Shown here: positions 17,457-25,295 of the stretch, one piece after another | How the letters are laid out: every line of letters begins with the position of its first letter | Position numbering within the stretch: position 1 is the first letter of the stretch | Virus record (IMG/VR): IMGVR_UViG_3300025313_000112 | Location: 1-26,153 of that record | Length of the DNA: 26,153 bases | Strand: one strand, 5' to 3' | From: a virus | Taxonomy: Duplodnaviria; Caudoviricetes | The notes under the pieces: model-generated | Database searches by the model: none | What the model saw: the letters and a program-made list of their open reading frames with translations, nothing else | Told to the model about the DNA's origin: nothing | Made by a program: the position numbers and the translations under genes

Positions 17457-18269
17457 TTATCTCCTGACTTGCGCCCAAAACACTTCGCCCTCAGCCAGCA
17501 GAATATCCGTCAGGCCGATGTCGAACTCTGCCAGATAGAGCACCGCCGCCGTTCGACACCAACGATGGAATGGAGGCCACGGCAACCAATCGGCGTATCT
17601 CGGCTCCTCTGTCAGATGAAAGTTGCTATTCAGATTCGCCACTTGGCCATGAACACGAATGCAGGTCCTCGTAGTCCTTCGATCGAGCGCGGCGATCGCT
17701 TGCTTCTGGAACTTCTGCTTACTCCCTGCCAGCGCCGCGATCAGCATCGCCGCGAACACCGTTTCTGATTCTCTGGCACTCCAGTCCGCGGTATCCGCCG
17801 CTGTGCTCCCGTAACTGAACACCCCCACCCGGCGATCGTCTCCAAGGACCACGGCAGTCTCCGCTCCGCTATCGACCAAGGCGATTGCCTGAGCGGTCTG
17901 CCTCTGCACGCCAGCTACGATAGCATTCAGCGCCCCCGCCGCCACGCTGTCGCTGACCACGACTGGCTCAATCCCATAAGCGCCCAACTGCGCCCTAGCG
18001 TTGCGCAGGCCAATCGACCGACCAGCGAGAAGGCTCAAAGTTGCCGCCTCTCGCACCGAGCGTTCTAAGTTGAGCATCACGTCCCTAGCAGCCCCCACAT
18101 CCCACCGACCGCCCCGGTGTGCCGTCGCCATCGCACGTCGGCTGTTCCGATAGAGCGAAACGATACGGCCCCTGGGATGATCGGCGGTACCAATCTCCGC
18201 GAACAACCGATCCATTTCGTGATTGGACCGGACTGCAAACGCGATCGACTGTTCGAGAGGGTTCGCCAC
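17457..18269 (-). CDS. Minor head protein, SPP1 gp7/MuF-like (270 aa)
   Basis: D.RTT.TC..VHGQ and PPFH.WCR motifs; follows portal; GGAGGAG RBS. Confidence 0.85.
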   Translation of the reverse strand: MANPLEQSIAFAVRSNHEMDRLFAEIGTADHPRGRIVSLYRNSRRAMATAHRGGRWDVGAARDVMLNLERSVREAATLSLLAGRSIGLRNARAQLGAYGIEPVVVSDSVAAGALNAIVAGVQRQTAQAIALVDSGAETAVVLGDDRRVGVFSYGSTAADTADWSARESETVFAAMLIAALAGSKQKFQKQAIAALDRRTTRTCIRVHGQVANLNSNFHLTEEPRYADWLPWPPFHRWCRTAAVLYLAEFDIGLTDILLAEGEVFWAQVRR

Positions 18270-18272
18270 CGC

Positions 18273-19907
18273 TTACTCCTCCCCCGTTTCCTCGCCCCGC
18301 TTCCCCTGGTCTTCCTGGTCCTGGTCACCCTCGCCCTGATCGCCCAACTCGCCACCGATCGCCAGCATGTTCTTTCGCATGGCAGTCTTATCCTTCCACT
18401 CCTCGGTATCTTTCATCTTGGCGATCTGTTCGGCGGAGTAGCCCAACTGCTCCGACCACAGGAACTCCTCCGGCACTCCCAATTCCGCGTGCACCTTTGC
18501 AGTGTCGGCCCTGTCCTTGTCCGACCGCAACTCGGCCGGCTTCCAGATCGTCCGCAACTGCGCCTCCGGGAACGACTTTTGCCCGAACGTCATCGCCAAC
18601 TTCACCGCCATCTGCATGGCCCAGGCCCAGGCGTCACCGTAAACCGTCTGACGATTCATGATCTTCGAGACGTACGGTGCCTCCTGCTGTTTCAACGTGC
18701 CCTCAGCGGCAATCATGTGAGTCGTCTGGAAGCGCGACAGAGGTGTGTCGCTCACGTCCGCGATGCGGAATACGATCCGCTCCTCCAGCATGAGGAGCGA
18801 CTTCAGATCGCCCGGTTCGATGTCCTTCACGTCCACTTCATTCTTCGGCTTGGATGTGCCATACGCACTGCCGGGGGTAATCTTCACGACGTTCGATGAA
18901 TCGGCGTTGGGTTCCTTGCCGTCCGTCGTCATCACGAAACCGAAGGTGAACAAGAGGCGGAACCCCGTAGAATCTGCCGTCGCCAGGAGGTCCAACCACT
19001 GCTTATTGAGGCCATCCTGCAAGGGGATCACATCGTCAAGGTCGGACTTACTCCCTGGGTTATGGACGTGGGCGACCGGAATGCCGAGAGGGTTTCCCTG
19101 TGCGTCTACCCACGGTGTCGGCCACGGCGCGTCCGCGATCCCCACTACGTTTCCGGCATCGTCACGGACGACTACATTCTCCATGAAGGGGAGCCACTGG
19201 CCGCCGTCGAGGATATATTTCTCGATCCGGTCGGCATAATAGACTGTCTGACGTTGCACGTTACGCTTCGTCTCCGGTTCCCACTCGTACCATCGCTTTA
19301 CCGCGCGGATCGGCTCTGCCAGATAATCATTGAACGGGTATTCCATCCACATACCGTAGCCGGCCCAGGGGTCTTTCCATGTAGCACCTGATCCGCCAGT
19401 CAGAAACGCATCGACGTATCTCGGATGCAGGATGAACCTCGGGCGTCCCCTCTCCACATCCCAATCGATCAGAATGAACGCCTCTCCATCCCGCGATGCC
19501 CACTTATGCGCCTCGCCAGCGACGGTCGCCATTTTCGCGTCCTGCCACCACCGCCAGATCGTCTCCTCTTGCAATTGATCCCGCGTCCTGGTGCTTCCCT
19601 CCTCCGTCTCGAAGGCGAAGCCGCTCACGGCCAGCCGTTCGACCACGCTATCCACAACGTCAGCGCAGAGGTTCACCCGGAACCTCAATTTGCCCGTTGA
19701 CGCCTGATGTTGGTCGAGCCAATCCCTCTGACGATCGGTGAAATAGACGACGTGCTGACCGTCGTAGTATTGGCGTGCGAGGGTGACGGAGTTCTGTGCC
19801 TCGACTTCCTTCTGATCCGTGACAAGTGTGCCTAGCATCGGATACCTCCCCTCGAACAGCCAGTCGAGGACGCGTGATCGAACGCCGGTTACGAAACGGT
19901 TGACCAT
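18273..19907 (-). CDS. Portal protein, SPP1 gp6-like (~544 aa)
   Basis: YYDGQH, N.C..VVD..VERL.V.G, DGEAF, G.P..H..N...SDLDDVIPLQD.LN and acidic tail; ATG 19907 after GGAGG (start uncertain). Confidence 0.92.
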   Translation of the reverse strand: MVNRFVTGVRSRVLDWLFEGRYPMLGTLVTDQKEVEAQNSVTLARQYYDGQHVVYFTDRQRDWLDQHQASTGKLRFRVNLCADVVDSVVERLAVSGFAFETEEGSTRTRDQLQEETIWRWWQDAKMATVAGEAHKWASRDGEAFILIDWDVERGRPRFILHPRYVDAFLTGGSGATWKDPWAGYGMWMEYPFNDYLAEPIRAVKRWYEWEPETKRNVQRQTVYYADRIEKYILDGGQWLPFMENVVVRDDAGNVVGIADAPWPTPWVDAQGNPLGIPVAHVHNPGSKSDLDDVIPLQDGLNKQWLDLLATADSTGFRLLFTFGFVMTTDGKEPNADSSNVVKITPGSAYGTSKPKNEVDVKDIEPGDLKSLLMLEERIVFRIADVSDTPLSRFQTTHMIAAEGTLKQQEAPYVSKIMNRQTVYGDAWAWAMQMAVKLAMTFGQKSFPEAQLRTIWKPAELRSDKDRADTAKVHAELGVPEEFLWSEQLGYSAEQIAKMKDTEEWKDKTAMRKNMLAIGGELGDQGEGDQDQEDQGKRGEETGEE

Positions 19908-21237
19908 CAATCCTCCACACCCTGCGATCAGCCCCCTGGAGGATAAAGGCGGCTCCATATCTGAGCGCGTCGCATCGGTGGAACAGACGCTTATCCATGA
20001 TTTCCTCCGTCGGCTGCCCATCATCACCCAAGCGCCGCCGATACGTCGCGAGTTCGTGCCTTAGACCTTTGCACCGGCGGGCAATCTTCAGTCGGCCCGT
20101 CTGGAACATTTCGATCACTCGGTCGATCCCAGGCTCGACACCGACATCGGGAGGCTCCTGCACATTGATTCCCTCCGCCGTCCAATCCCGTCTCGACTGC
20201 CCTTCCGACCCGGCGCCGCCGACGTACTGAATGGTCTTGGCCGAGAGAAACACGGCGTCTCGCTCCTTGACATTCTTGGCGTGTTCCTCAGTGCTTACCC
20301 CCCCGCCCAGGTACTCATCATACACAGTCCAGCGCCCTTGTGTATCTTCTACCCACCACAGGATCGCTTGGTTCGCCCCGCCGAAGTCCAACGACGCCAT
20401 GCGGTTCCACGGCGGAGGATAGTCCACATTCTCCGCCAGCATCGACTCCTCGAACGCATTGTAGATCAACCCCGCGGGCTTTGCGTAACGCCCACGATAG
20501 AACATCTGGTAGCGCCAGTCAGGAAGACGGTCCTTCGCATCCTCGAACTCCTCGATGGGGAACGCGGGGTTCTGAATGGAGTCGAACTGCACCACGTCGT
20601 ATTGCTTGTTGCCGTCCACCCATTTGTCGTACCACTCTGTCTTTGTCCACCCCATGTTATAGACCGTCGTCGTCCCCAGCGCCCGCCCTCTGGCGAGTGA
20701 CAGACGACGCAACACCGCTTCCCAATCCAAGACATCCCACTCATCTTGTCCTACTTCATCCAGCCACACCGCCTTCGCCGTCGCCGCTTCCAGGCCACCA
20801 CCCGTCCCGACTGAAAGAAGGATGATCCGCCCCCACATGATGTCGGTCGCATTCCGTGCCCAAAACGTCCCGGTGCGCGGGTCCTTCAACTCCAGCACCC
20901 GCGATCCCGACCAATAGCGCGCAATGCCCAACGTGTGCTCGAACCACTTACGCATTTCGGGGAGCATCTTCAGAGCGAACAGCGGGTACGATGTTGTGAT
21001 CGCCAGATAGTCATTGCCCCCACGCGGGTCAGCCGTCCTCGTGATCTCGCGCCACAGCCAGATCGGGCCGAACGATGTCTTCCCGCCCTGGGTGCCGGCG
21101 AGCATGAGGATGAAGCGCGCAGTGGACAGCCAAACCCGGGCCTGCCCCTCGTGAGGATTGAACTCCAGTGTGCCGTCAGGATGGACTTGATACAGCGGAG
21201 GATATTGCGCTACTGCAACCGGCGCGTCAGAAAGCAC
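19660..21237 (-). CDS. terL: Terminase large subunit (recognisable part ends near 19930)
   Basis: PH..Q adenine motif, AGTQGGKT Walker A, VWLDE Walker B, TTT motif III, nuclease LDFG and H..DALRY. The last ~90 codons overlap the portal gene. Confidence 0.93.
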   Translation of the reverse strand: MLSDAPVAVAQYPPLYQVHPDGTLEFNPHEGQARVWLSTARFILMLAGTQGGKTSFGPIWLWREITRTADPRGGNDYLAITTSYPLFALKMLPEMRKWFEHTLGIARYWSGSRVLELKDPRTGTFWARNATDIMWGRIILLSVGTGGGLEAATAKAVWLDEVGQDEWDVLDWEAVLRRLSLARGRALGTTTVYNMGWTKTEWYDKWVDGNKQYDVVQFDSIQNPAFPIEEFEDAKDRLPDWRYQMFYRGRYAKPAGLIYNAFEESMLAENVDYPPPWNRMASLDFGGANQAILWWVEDTQGRWTVYDEYLGGGVSTEEHAKNVKERDAVFLSAKTIQYVGGAGSEGQSRRDWTAEGINVQEPPDVGVEPGIDRVIEMFQTGRLKIARRCKGLRHELATYRRRLGDDGQPTEEIMDKRLFHRCDALRYGAAFILQGADRRVWRIDGQPFRNRRSITRPRLAVRGEVSDARHTCHGSEGSRGTELRHPRTPILRRSARRLFHRSSEGLARPTSGVNGQIEVPGEPLR

Positions 21238-21807
21238 TCAGCCCGCCTCGTCCCTGGACGGCAACTGAATGGGAATCGCAGTTTCCACACCATGCTCCAG
21301 CGCGACATTCGCCGGGAGATTGACCACAACCTCTCGGATCGGGATGATGACATTCACACTTCCCCCCTCCATCCCAGGCAGGCCGAACACCCCGCCCTGA
21401 TCCTGCCAATTCCGCTTGAACCGCTTGGCCAAGAACCGTTCCGCCGCGCGCCAGTCATTCGGGATTTGTTGCCGCCACATCGCGACAATGCGGCCTTCGG
21501 CTTCCAACTCTGCCGCTTGAACATCGTCACGAAACGCGGCATAGATTGAGGCGACACCCGTCTTGCTATCTGCCTCTCCCCGGACGATCCACTCCCTGAA
21601 TGTGCCATAGGCCACACCTGCAAGCCCGCACGCCGCGTCATAGTAGTTTCCGATGCGGATTGCTTCGAGAAGCCTCGCCCGAAGACGGGGATCCTCCAAC
21701 TTCGTCGGTCTGCCAGTGACCTCCCGCGATCCAGCGCGGCGTGCAACCGCCCTGGGTGTCGGCTTCGCATGTGCTGATCGGCGGCGCCTCGGCTTGCGTT
21801 TGGCCAC
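21238..21807 (-). CDS. terS: Terminase small subunit (189 aa)
   Basis: GRPTKL, HTH-like GNYYDAACGLAGV..TF.EW and DWRAA..FL..R; abuts terL. Confidence 0.85.
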   Translation of the reverse strand: MAKRKPRRRRSAHAKPTPRAVARRAGSREVTGRPTKLEDPRLRARLLEAIRIGNYYDAACGLAGVAYGTFREWIVRGEADSKTGVASIYAAFRDDVQAAELEAEGRIVAMWRQQIPNDWRAAERFLAKRFKRNWQDQGGVFGLPGMEGGSVNVIIPIREVVVNLPANVALEHGVETAIPIQLPSRDEAG

Positions 21808-21810
21808 TGG

Positions 21811-22557
21811 CTACACCGCGTGAGAGAGAGGCCACACCCGCTGTACATGAACCATCAGGCGGAGTGTAGTTTGCACCTCTCGATATTCAAGGTATCGGCC
21901 CCACTTCTCTTTCAGGTACTTCAACTCCTTCTCCTCACGCCGCTTTGATCGGGCCACCGCATTTCCGCCAGTCACTCCCGACCGATCATGGACGAATGAC
22001 AGCCGCGCGTCCTGCCAGACAATCCGGTACTTCATAAGGGCCTGAAGGCAGAAATCGATGTCGGCCCGCATGAGGAGCGACGTGTCATATTTGATCTCCC
22101 GGCCCACGACCCCAATCACTCCTCCGATCCAGGAGTTGAGCATAAACGGCGCGTGCGGACGGAATTTGCGCACATCCCACGCTTGATTGAATCCGAACAC
22201 CCCGGTCTTGGCCTCGGCCGCGCACTGCGCCGCCACATCGACTGCCCGTTGAACGTCGAGCGGATCGGTCACGTCCCGCTTATGCAAGCCGACCAGTGCG
22301 TAGAGGGCGTGAACGTCATCATCGACAAAGCACAGCCGGTCATCCGGGAAGTGATCGAGCATCCACTGCCGAAGAGGTCCTATCCCCACCACCGAATCCG
22401 GATGGGTGACGATCTCCACGTCCGGGCAGGATCGGGCGTAGTCCTTCGCCTCTAGCCTTCCAACACACAACGTCGCTTGAGGAAAGAGCCGGAGTGCCTT
22501 CTTTGCGACCAGCCTTGATCGCTGACGGGAGGGGATCACGACACGGCAGGGGATCAT
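21811..22557 (-). CDS. GT-A fold glycosyltransferase, TAGT/GREB1-like (248 aa)
   Basis: VIPSR.R, G....RQW.LD, FVDDDV (DxD), ADIDFCLQ, GGN and L..KWG: motif series of phage DNA-base glycosyltransferases. Confidence 0.8.
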   Translation of the reverse strand: MIPCRVVIPSRQRSRLVAKKALRLFPQATLCVGRLEAKDYARSCPDVEIVTHPDSVVGIGPLRQWMLDHFPDDRLCFVDDDVHALYALVGLHKRDVTDPLDVQRAVDVAAQCAAEAKTGVFGFNQAWDVRKFRPHAPFMLNSWIGGVIGVVGREIKYDTSLLMRADIDFCLQALMKYRIVWQDARLSFVHDRSGVTGGNAVARSKRREEKELKYLKEKWGRYLEYREVQTTLRLMVHVQRVWPLSHAV

Positions 22558-23279
22558 TTGCCGCTGCCGTCAAACATCGCCATCACTTCCGGCCCATCGA
22601 GTACACGGCCGAGGCCGATCTTTCGCTTGCGATCTCCCACCGTGAACCCTACCCGGCCCACGCCCAGGCGATCGAGCGCATTGAGAAAGTCCAACTGATT
22701 GCGGAACATGAGGACGACGTAATCGTAATACTCGTAGGGCTGGAGTTCCATTTCGGGGATCGCCGCATCCTCGATTTCACGCTCCTCTTGCTCTCCGATG
22801 ATCTTTCCCAGCTCATCACCCTCGAAGATGCCCGTCAACAGCGCACTTTCTTTCTCTGCAATCTCCTTCAGCACATCCGGGTTCCACTCGGCCAACTCAC
22901 CAGATCGATTGTCCATGAGCGCCATCCGGGTACGGTCACGGCCTTTCAGGTCCTTCCGCCGGACAGCTACCAGCGTATCGGCATCTGCATCCACGATCAT
23001 CACCTTCTTCACCCCGGCCATCTGCGCCGCCGTGCGAACGCCGTTGCCTGCGATCAGTGTGTCCTTCCCGTCGATCAGGACACTCCGGCCAGTGCCGACC
23101 TCCCGGAGCGAGTCAGTGATGACTCCTAGATTGCGAACACCGTGCTTGCGTGCATTGTGAGGGTCGGGCCGGAGGACGGAGAGATCGGCCAACTCGACCT
23201 CTCTTGTGACGATCTCGCGCTTGGGTGGCCTGCCGTTCGTCTTTGCCTTTACCTTGCCACGCTTGGCTTTGGTCCGCAT
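22554..23279 (-). CDS. ParB/Srx N-terminal-domain protein (241 aa)
   Basis: ATG 23279 with GGGGAGG RBS; L.PDPHNARKH, SL...G, IAGNG, DNR..E.AEW; C-terminal YDYVVL.F.N..D...G.GRV.DG domain. Confidence 0.82.
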   Translation of the reverse strand: MRTKAKRGKVKAKTNGRPPKREIVTREVELADLSVLRPDPHNARKHGVRNLGVITDSLREVGTGRSVLIDGKDTLIAGNGVRTAAQMAGVKKVMIVDADADTLVAVRRKDLKGRDRTRMALMDNRSGELAEWNPDVLKEIAEKESALLTGIFEGDELGKIIGEQEEREIEDAAIPEMELQPYEYYDYVVLMFRNQLDFLNALDRLGVGRVGFTVGDRKRKIGLGRVLDGPEVMAMFDGSGK

Positions 23280-23342
23280 GGATCGATCCTCCCCAGGCCC
23301 GGAACGACTGCGGGATGTCCCGCAGACCGCCGCCTGATCGGG

Positions 23343-23371
23343 ATTATACAGCGGCTTGGCCGCACAGCCAC
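23343..23371 (-). promoter_or_regulatory. Possible late promoter (-10 TATAAT, poor -35)
   Basis: Perfect TATAAT at 23343..23348, ~65 nt upstream of the ParB ATG and downstream of a terminator; the -35 position reads GTGGCT. Confidence 0.5.
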
Positions 23372-23473
23372 TCAGGAGAACCTCAGCGACCTTTTCAGGG
23401 AGGGCCGGTGTCATCTGCCAGGGCCTCCCCACGCCGAACCTCCTGGAACTTCCTGGGCCTTTCCCCGCAGACG

Positions 23474-23511
23474 AAAAATAGAGGCGCCCGCCTTGTCAGG
23501 GCGGGCGCCTC
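23474..23511 (-). terminator. Intrinsic terminator
   Basis: 12-bp stem GAGGCGCCCGCC/GGCGGGCGCCTC, 7-nt loop, then TATTTTT; 25 nt after the stop at 23537. Confidence 0.85.
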
Positions 23512-23536
23512 ACCGTGCTCCGCGGGAGGGCGGGAT

Positions 23537-24169
23537 TTAGGCTTCTTCGTCCGGCATTTCCTCCATGAACAACGGGGCTTGCCGCGCCGCTATTCTAGAT
23601 TTCTTTCCCCACTTCGTCTGAACGAAGCTGTCGATCCCTGACCAATACGCCCCGGCCTGCGGGCGATAGTCGTCCAGCGTCTTGTCCTCGGGTTTCAGTC
23701 GGCAACCTTCATCCAGCCAGTGATCCACACCACGCCCCAGGCGCCGACCGCCCGCAGTGTGTTTGTCCAGGGCAAAGTCGGGGACCTCACGACGCTCCTC
23801 CGGGTTCTGGAGGCGCCGTTGATTGAGGACACACTGGAACTCATCCGCGATCCGGGTCTTGGTCGATCGACACATCCTCAGGATCGCGTTCGACAGCGCC
23901 AACCGCGCCGATCCATCCCGGCCATCCTCCCGGAACTCGAAGTACGACTCCCGGCAGGCCCGGACGTAGAGCAGGACATCCGGCGAGGCGATCCCGATGT
24001 CCTCCAGGCAGATCACGACCAGCCGTTTCCAAAGGTAGGCCTCGTACTTCGGGATCAACTCCAGGGCGAACCACATCGCCTCCCATTCGTCGGCCCGCCG
24101 GATCAACTTCTGGACGGCGGAGATCACTTCGCCCAGGTCGTACTTGTTCGTTTCCGTTAGCAATCGCAT
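23537..24169 (-). CDS. Stand-alone RarA/MgsA C-terminal-domain-like protein (210 aa; no ATPase domain)
   Basis: ISAVQK.IRR.D...A..FA.EL...LWKRL..I..EDIG.A resembles the MgsA_C motif; no Walker A/B; AGGAGGG RBS. Confidence 0.78.
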   Translation of the reverse strand: MRLLTETNKYDLGEVISAVQKLIRRADEWEAMWFALELIPKYEAYLWKRLVVICLEDIGIASPDVLLYVRACRESYFEFREDGRDGSARLALSNAILRMCRSTKTRIADEFQCVLNQRRLQNPEERREVPDFALDKHTAGGRRLGRGVDHWLDEGCRLKPEDKTLDDYRPQAGAYWSGIDSFVQTKWGKKSRIAARQAPLFMEEMPDEEA

Positions 24170-24187
24170 GGCTACCCTCCTGCCAAC

Positions 24188-24216
24188 ATTATAACAGACA
24201 GGCCATCGCCGGTCAA
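24188..24216 (-). promoter_or_regulatory. Near-consensus sigma70 promoter with extended -10
   Basis: TTGACC-17 nt-TATAAT with TGn before the -10; 18 nt from the ATG at 24169. Confidence 0.85.
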
Positions 24217-24269
24217 GTGCAGGCGTCCAGGGCGCGAGCGTTCAACCGCTGGCGCAGGCAGGCCGACGG

Positions 24270-24395
24270 CTATTCGTAATCCGCAGACCTTCCGCCGGGA
24301 AGGACGGCGCCGACTTGCAACACCATCACCTTCGCCCCGAAGGGCAGATCGTGGCGGGTGTTGAACGGCGTGTGCGAGAGGCGATAGTCACTCAT
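24270..24395 (-). CDS. 41-aa cassette ORF MSDYRLSHTPFNTRHDLPFGAKVMVLQVGAVLPGGRSADYE
   Basis: Hand translation; RBS and ATG supplied by the repeat copy at 24390..24411. Confidence 0.55.
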   Translation of the reverse strand: MSDYRLSHTPFNTRHDLPFGAKVMVLQVGAVLPGGRSADYE

Positions 24396-24574
24396 CCCTG
24401 GCCTCCTCGCTCGGTCTTTGCCTTACACCGTAAGCAAGTCACAAAGTCCTCGCTCATCGTAGACAGAAGTCGTCGGCCCGCGCGGTCTCTAAGTAGGAGA
24501 TTTCGACCACACGGGGAGAACGCAATCCCCTTGCGATGTTTCGCTGGGAAAAGATGGACGCGGTGACCACTCAT
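24392..24574 (-). CDS. 60-aa cassette protein, putative Zn-binding (H..CG..VTCxxC)
   Basis: Starts at the repeat ATG (MSGHRVHL...), not the track's 24679; ends RGGQG* in the next repeat. Confidence 0.7.
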   Translation of the reverse strand: MSGHRVHLFPAKHRKGIAFSPCGRNLLLRDRAGRRLLSTMSEDFVTCLRCKAKTERGGQG

Positions 24575-24747
24575 CCCTGGCCTCCTCGCTTTGCCATCAC
24601 AAGGGCGACATAAAACAGGAGCACGGTTAGACCTACCAGAACCAGCGTAATGGTGTGCCCAATGCCGAAGATTGCCCACGACAGATAATCGACTACGACC
24701 AGCAGTAGCACCCCGCGGATCAACTTGTCGCCCAGTTTGTTACTCAT
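24571..24747 (-). CDS. 58-aa two-TM membrane cassette protein MSNKLGDKLIRGVLLLVVVDYLSWAIFGIGHTITLVLVGLTVLLFYVALVMAKRGGQG
   Basis: Hand translation; spans repeat to repeat exactly; below the track's length cut-off. Confidence 0.72.
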   Translation of the reverse strand: MSNKLGDKLIRGVLLLVVVDYLSWAIFGIGHTITLVLVGLTVLLFYVALVMAKRGGQG

Positions 24748-25015
24748 CCCTGGCCTCCTCGCTTTGCCTCACCAAGGAGCGGGATGCCCACACATAGAAG
24801 AGTTCGGCATCCGAGGCCGTTAGCATGTTTCCGGCCCCGAGTGTGGCAATCTTCAGCAGAACCGTCGTCAACTCCCGCACCTGCTCCTGCGAGGCGGCGA
24901 GGGCGTCGCGTTGGTCACGGATGAGCGCCAACATTGTGTGACTCGTCTCGTCTCGATTATCCGCCAACATCCTGCTGGCCCGCTCCAGCAGCGTCTCGGT
25001 GTCACAAGTCGGCAT
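24740..25015 (-). CDS. Hypothetical protein (91 aa, coiled coil)
   Basis: Overlaps both neighbours; ends SEEARDE* across the repeat copy at 24742..24763. Confidence 0.65.
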   Translation of the reverse strand: MPTCDTETLLERASRMLADNRDETSHTMLALIRDQRDALAASQEQVRELTTVLLKIATLGAGNMLTASDAELFYVWASRSLVRQSEEARDE

Positions 25016-25295
25016 GGCGCGCCACCTTCTGCATCACCGCCACGACCTGCTCGGCCTCCTCCGGCGAGAGGATCAGGGAGGCCGTGTACGAGTAGCACAG
25101 CAACTTCGTCCCCTTGACTTCATCGATCGTGATTTCGACCTGGACCTCCGGGCCGTTCCGGTCGTCCCGATCGACAGCCCGCATCCGAACGGTGACGGTG
25201 CGATGCTCAAAGTGCGACCCCGGCCAACCGTCGGTGAACTGCTGGAGCGTCAGGTATCCCTCTCGATACTCAAGACCTTCGGTGACAATTGCCAT
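25002..25295 (-). CDS. Hypothetical protein (97 aa)
   Basis: TAATG coupling to the upstream gene; globular composition. Confidence 0.65.
   Translation of the reverse strand: MAIVTEGLEYREGYLTLQQFTDGWPGSHFEHRTVTVRMRAVDRDDRNGPEVQVEITIDEVKGTKLLCYSYTASLILSPEEAEQVVAVMQKVARHADL

Larger units (their letters stand above)
24390..24763 (-). repeat. Three exact 22-bp direct repeats AGCGAGGAGGCCAGGGATGAGT (24390-24411, 24569-24590, 24742-24763)
   Basis: Read directly; periods 179 and 173 bp; each copy contains GAGGAGG and ATG. Confidence 0.95.

Noticed and set aside
17457-18269. MuF polymorphic toxin
   Set aside because: The protein ends ~30 aa after the PPFH..CR motif; no toxin extension or immunity gene.
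19908-20027. Portal start at 20027
   Set aside because: Overlaps the conserved TerL nuclease motif; the start near 19907 is more plausible.
22554-23279. ParABS partition system
   Set aside because: No ParA, no HTH domain and a degenerate GxxR motif; context is GT plus terminase.
23280-23432. N-terminal 51 aa of the track's ParB ORF
   Set aside because: Spans the putative promoter; a strong RBS precedes ATG 23279.
24390-24763. CRISPR array
   Set aside because: Inter-repeat segments are ~150 bp and protein-coding; the repeat is non-palindromic and contains an RBS/ATG; no cas genes.
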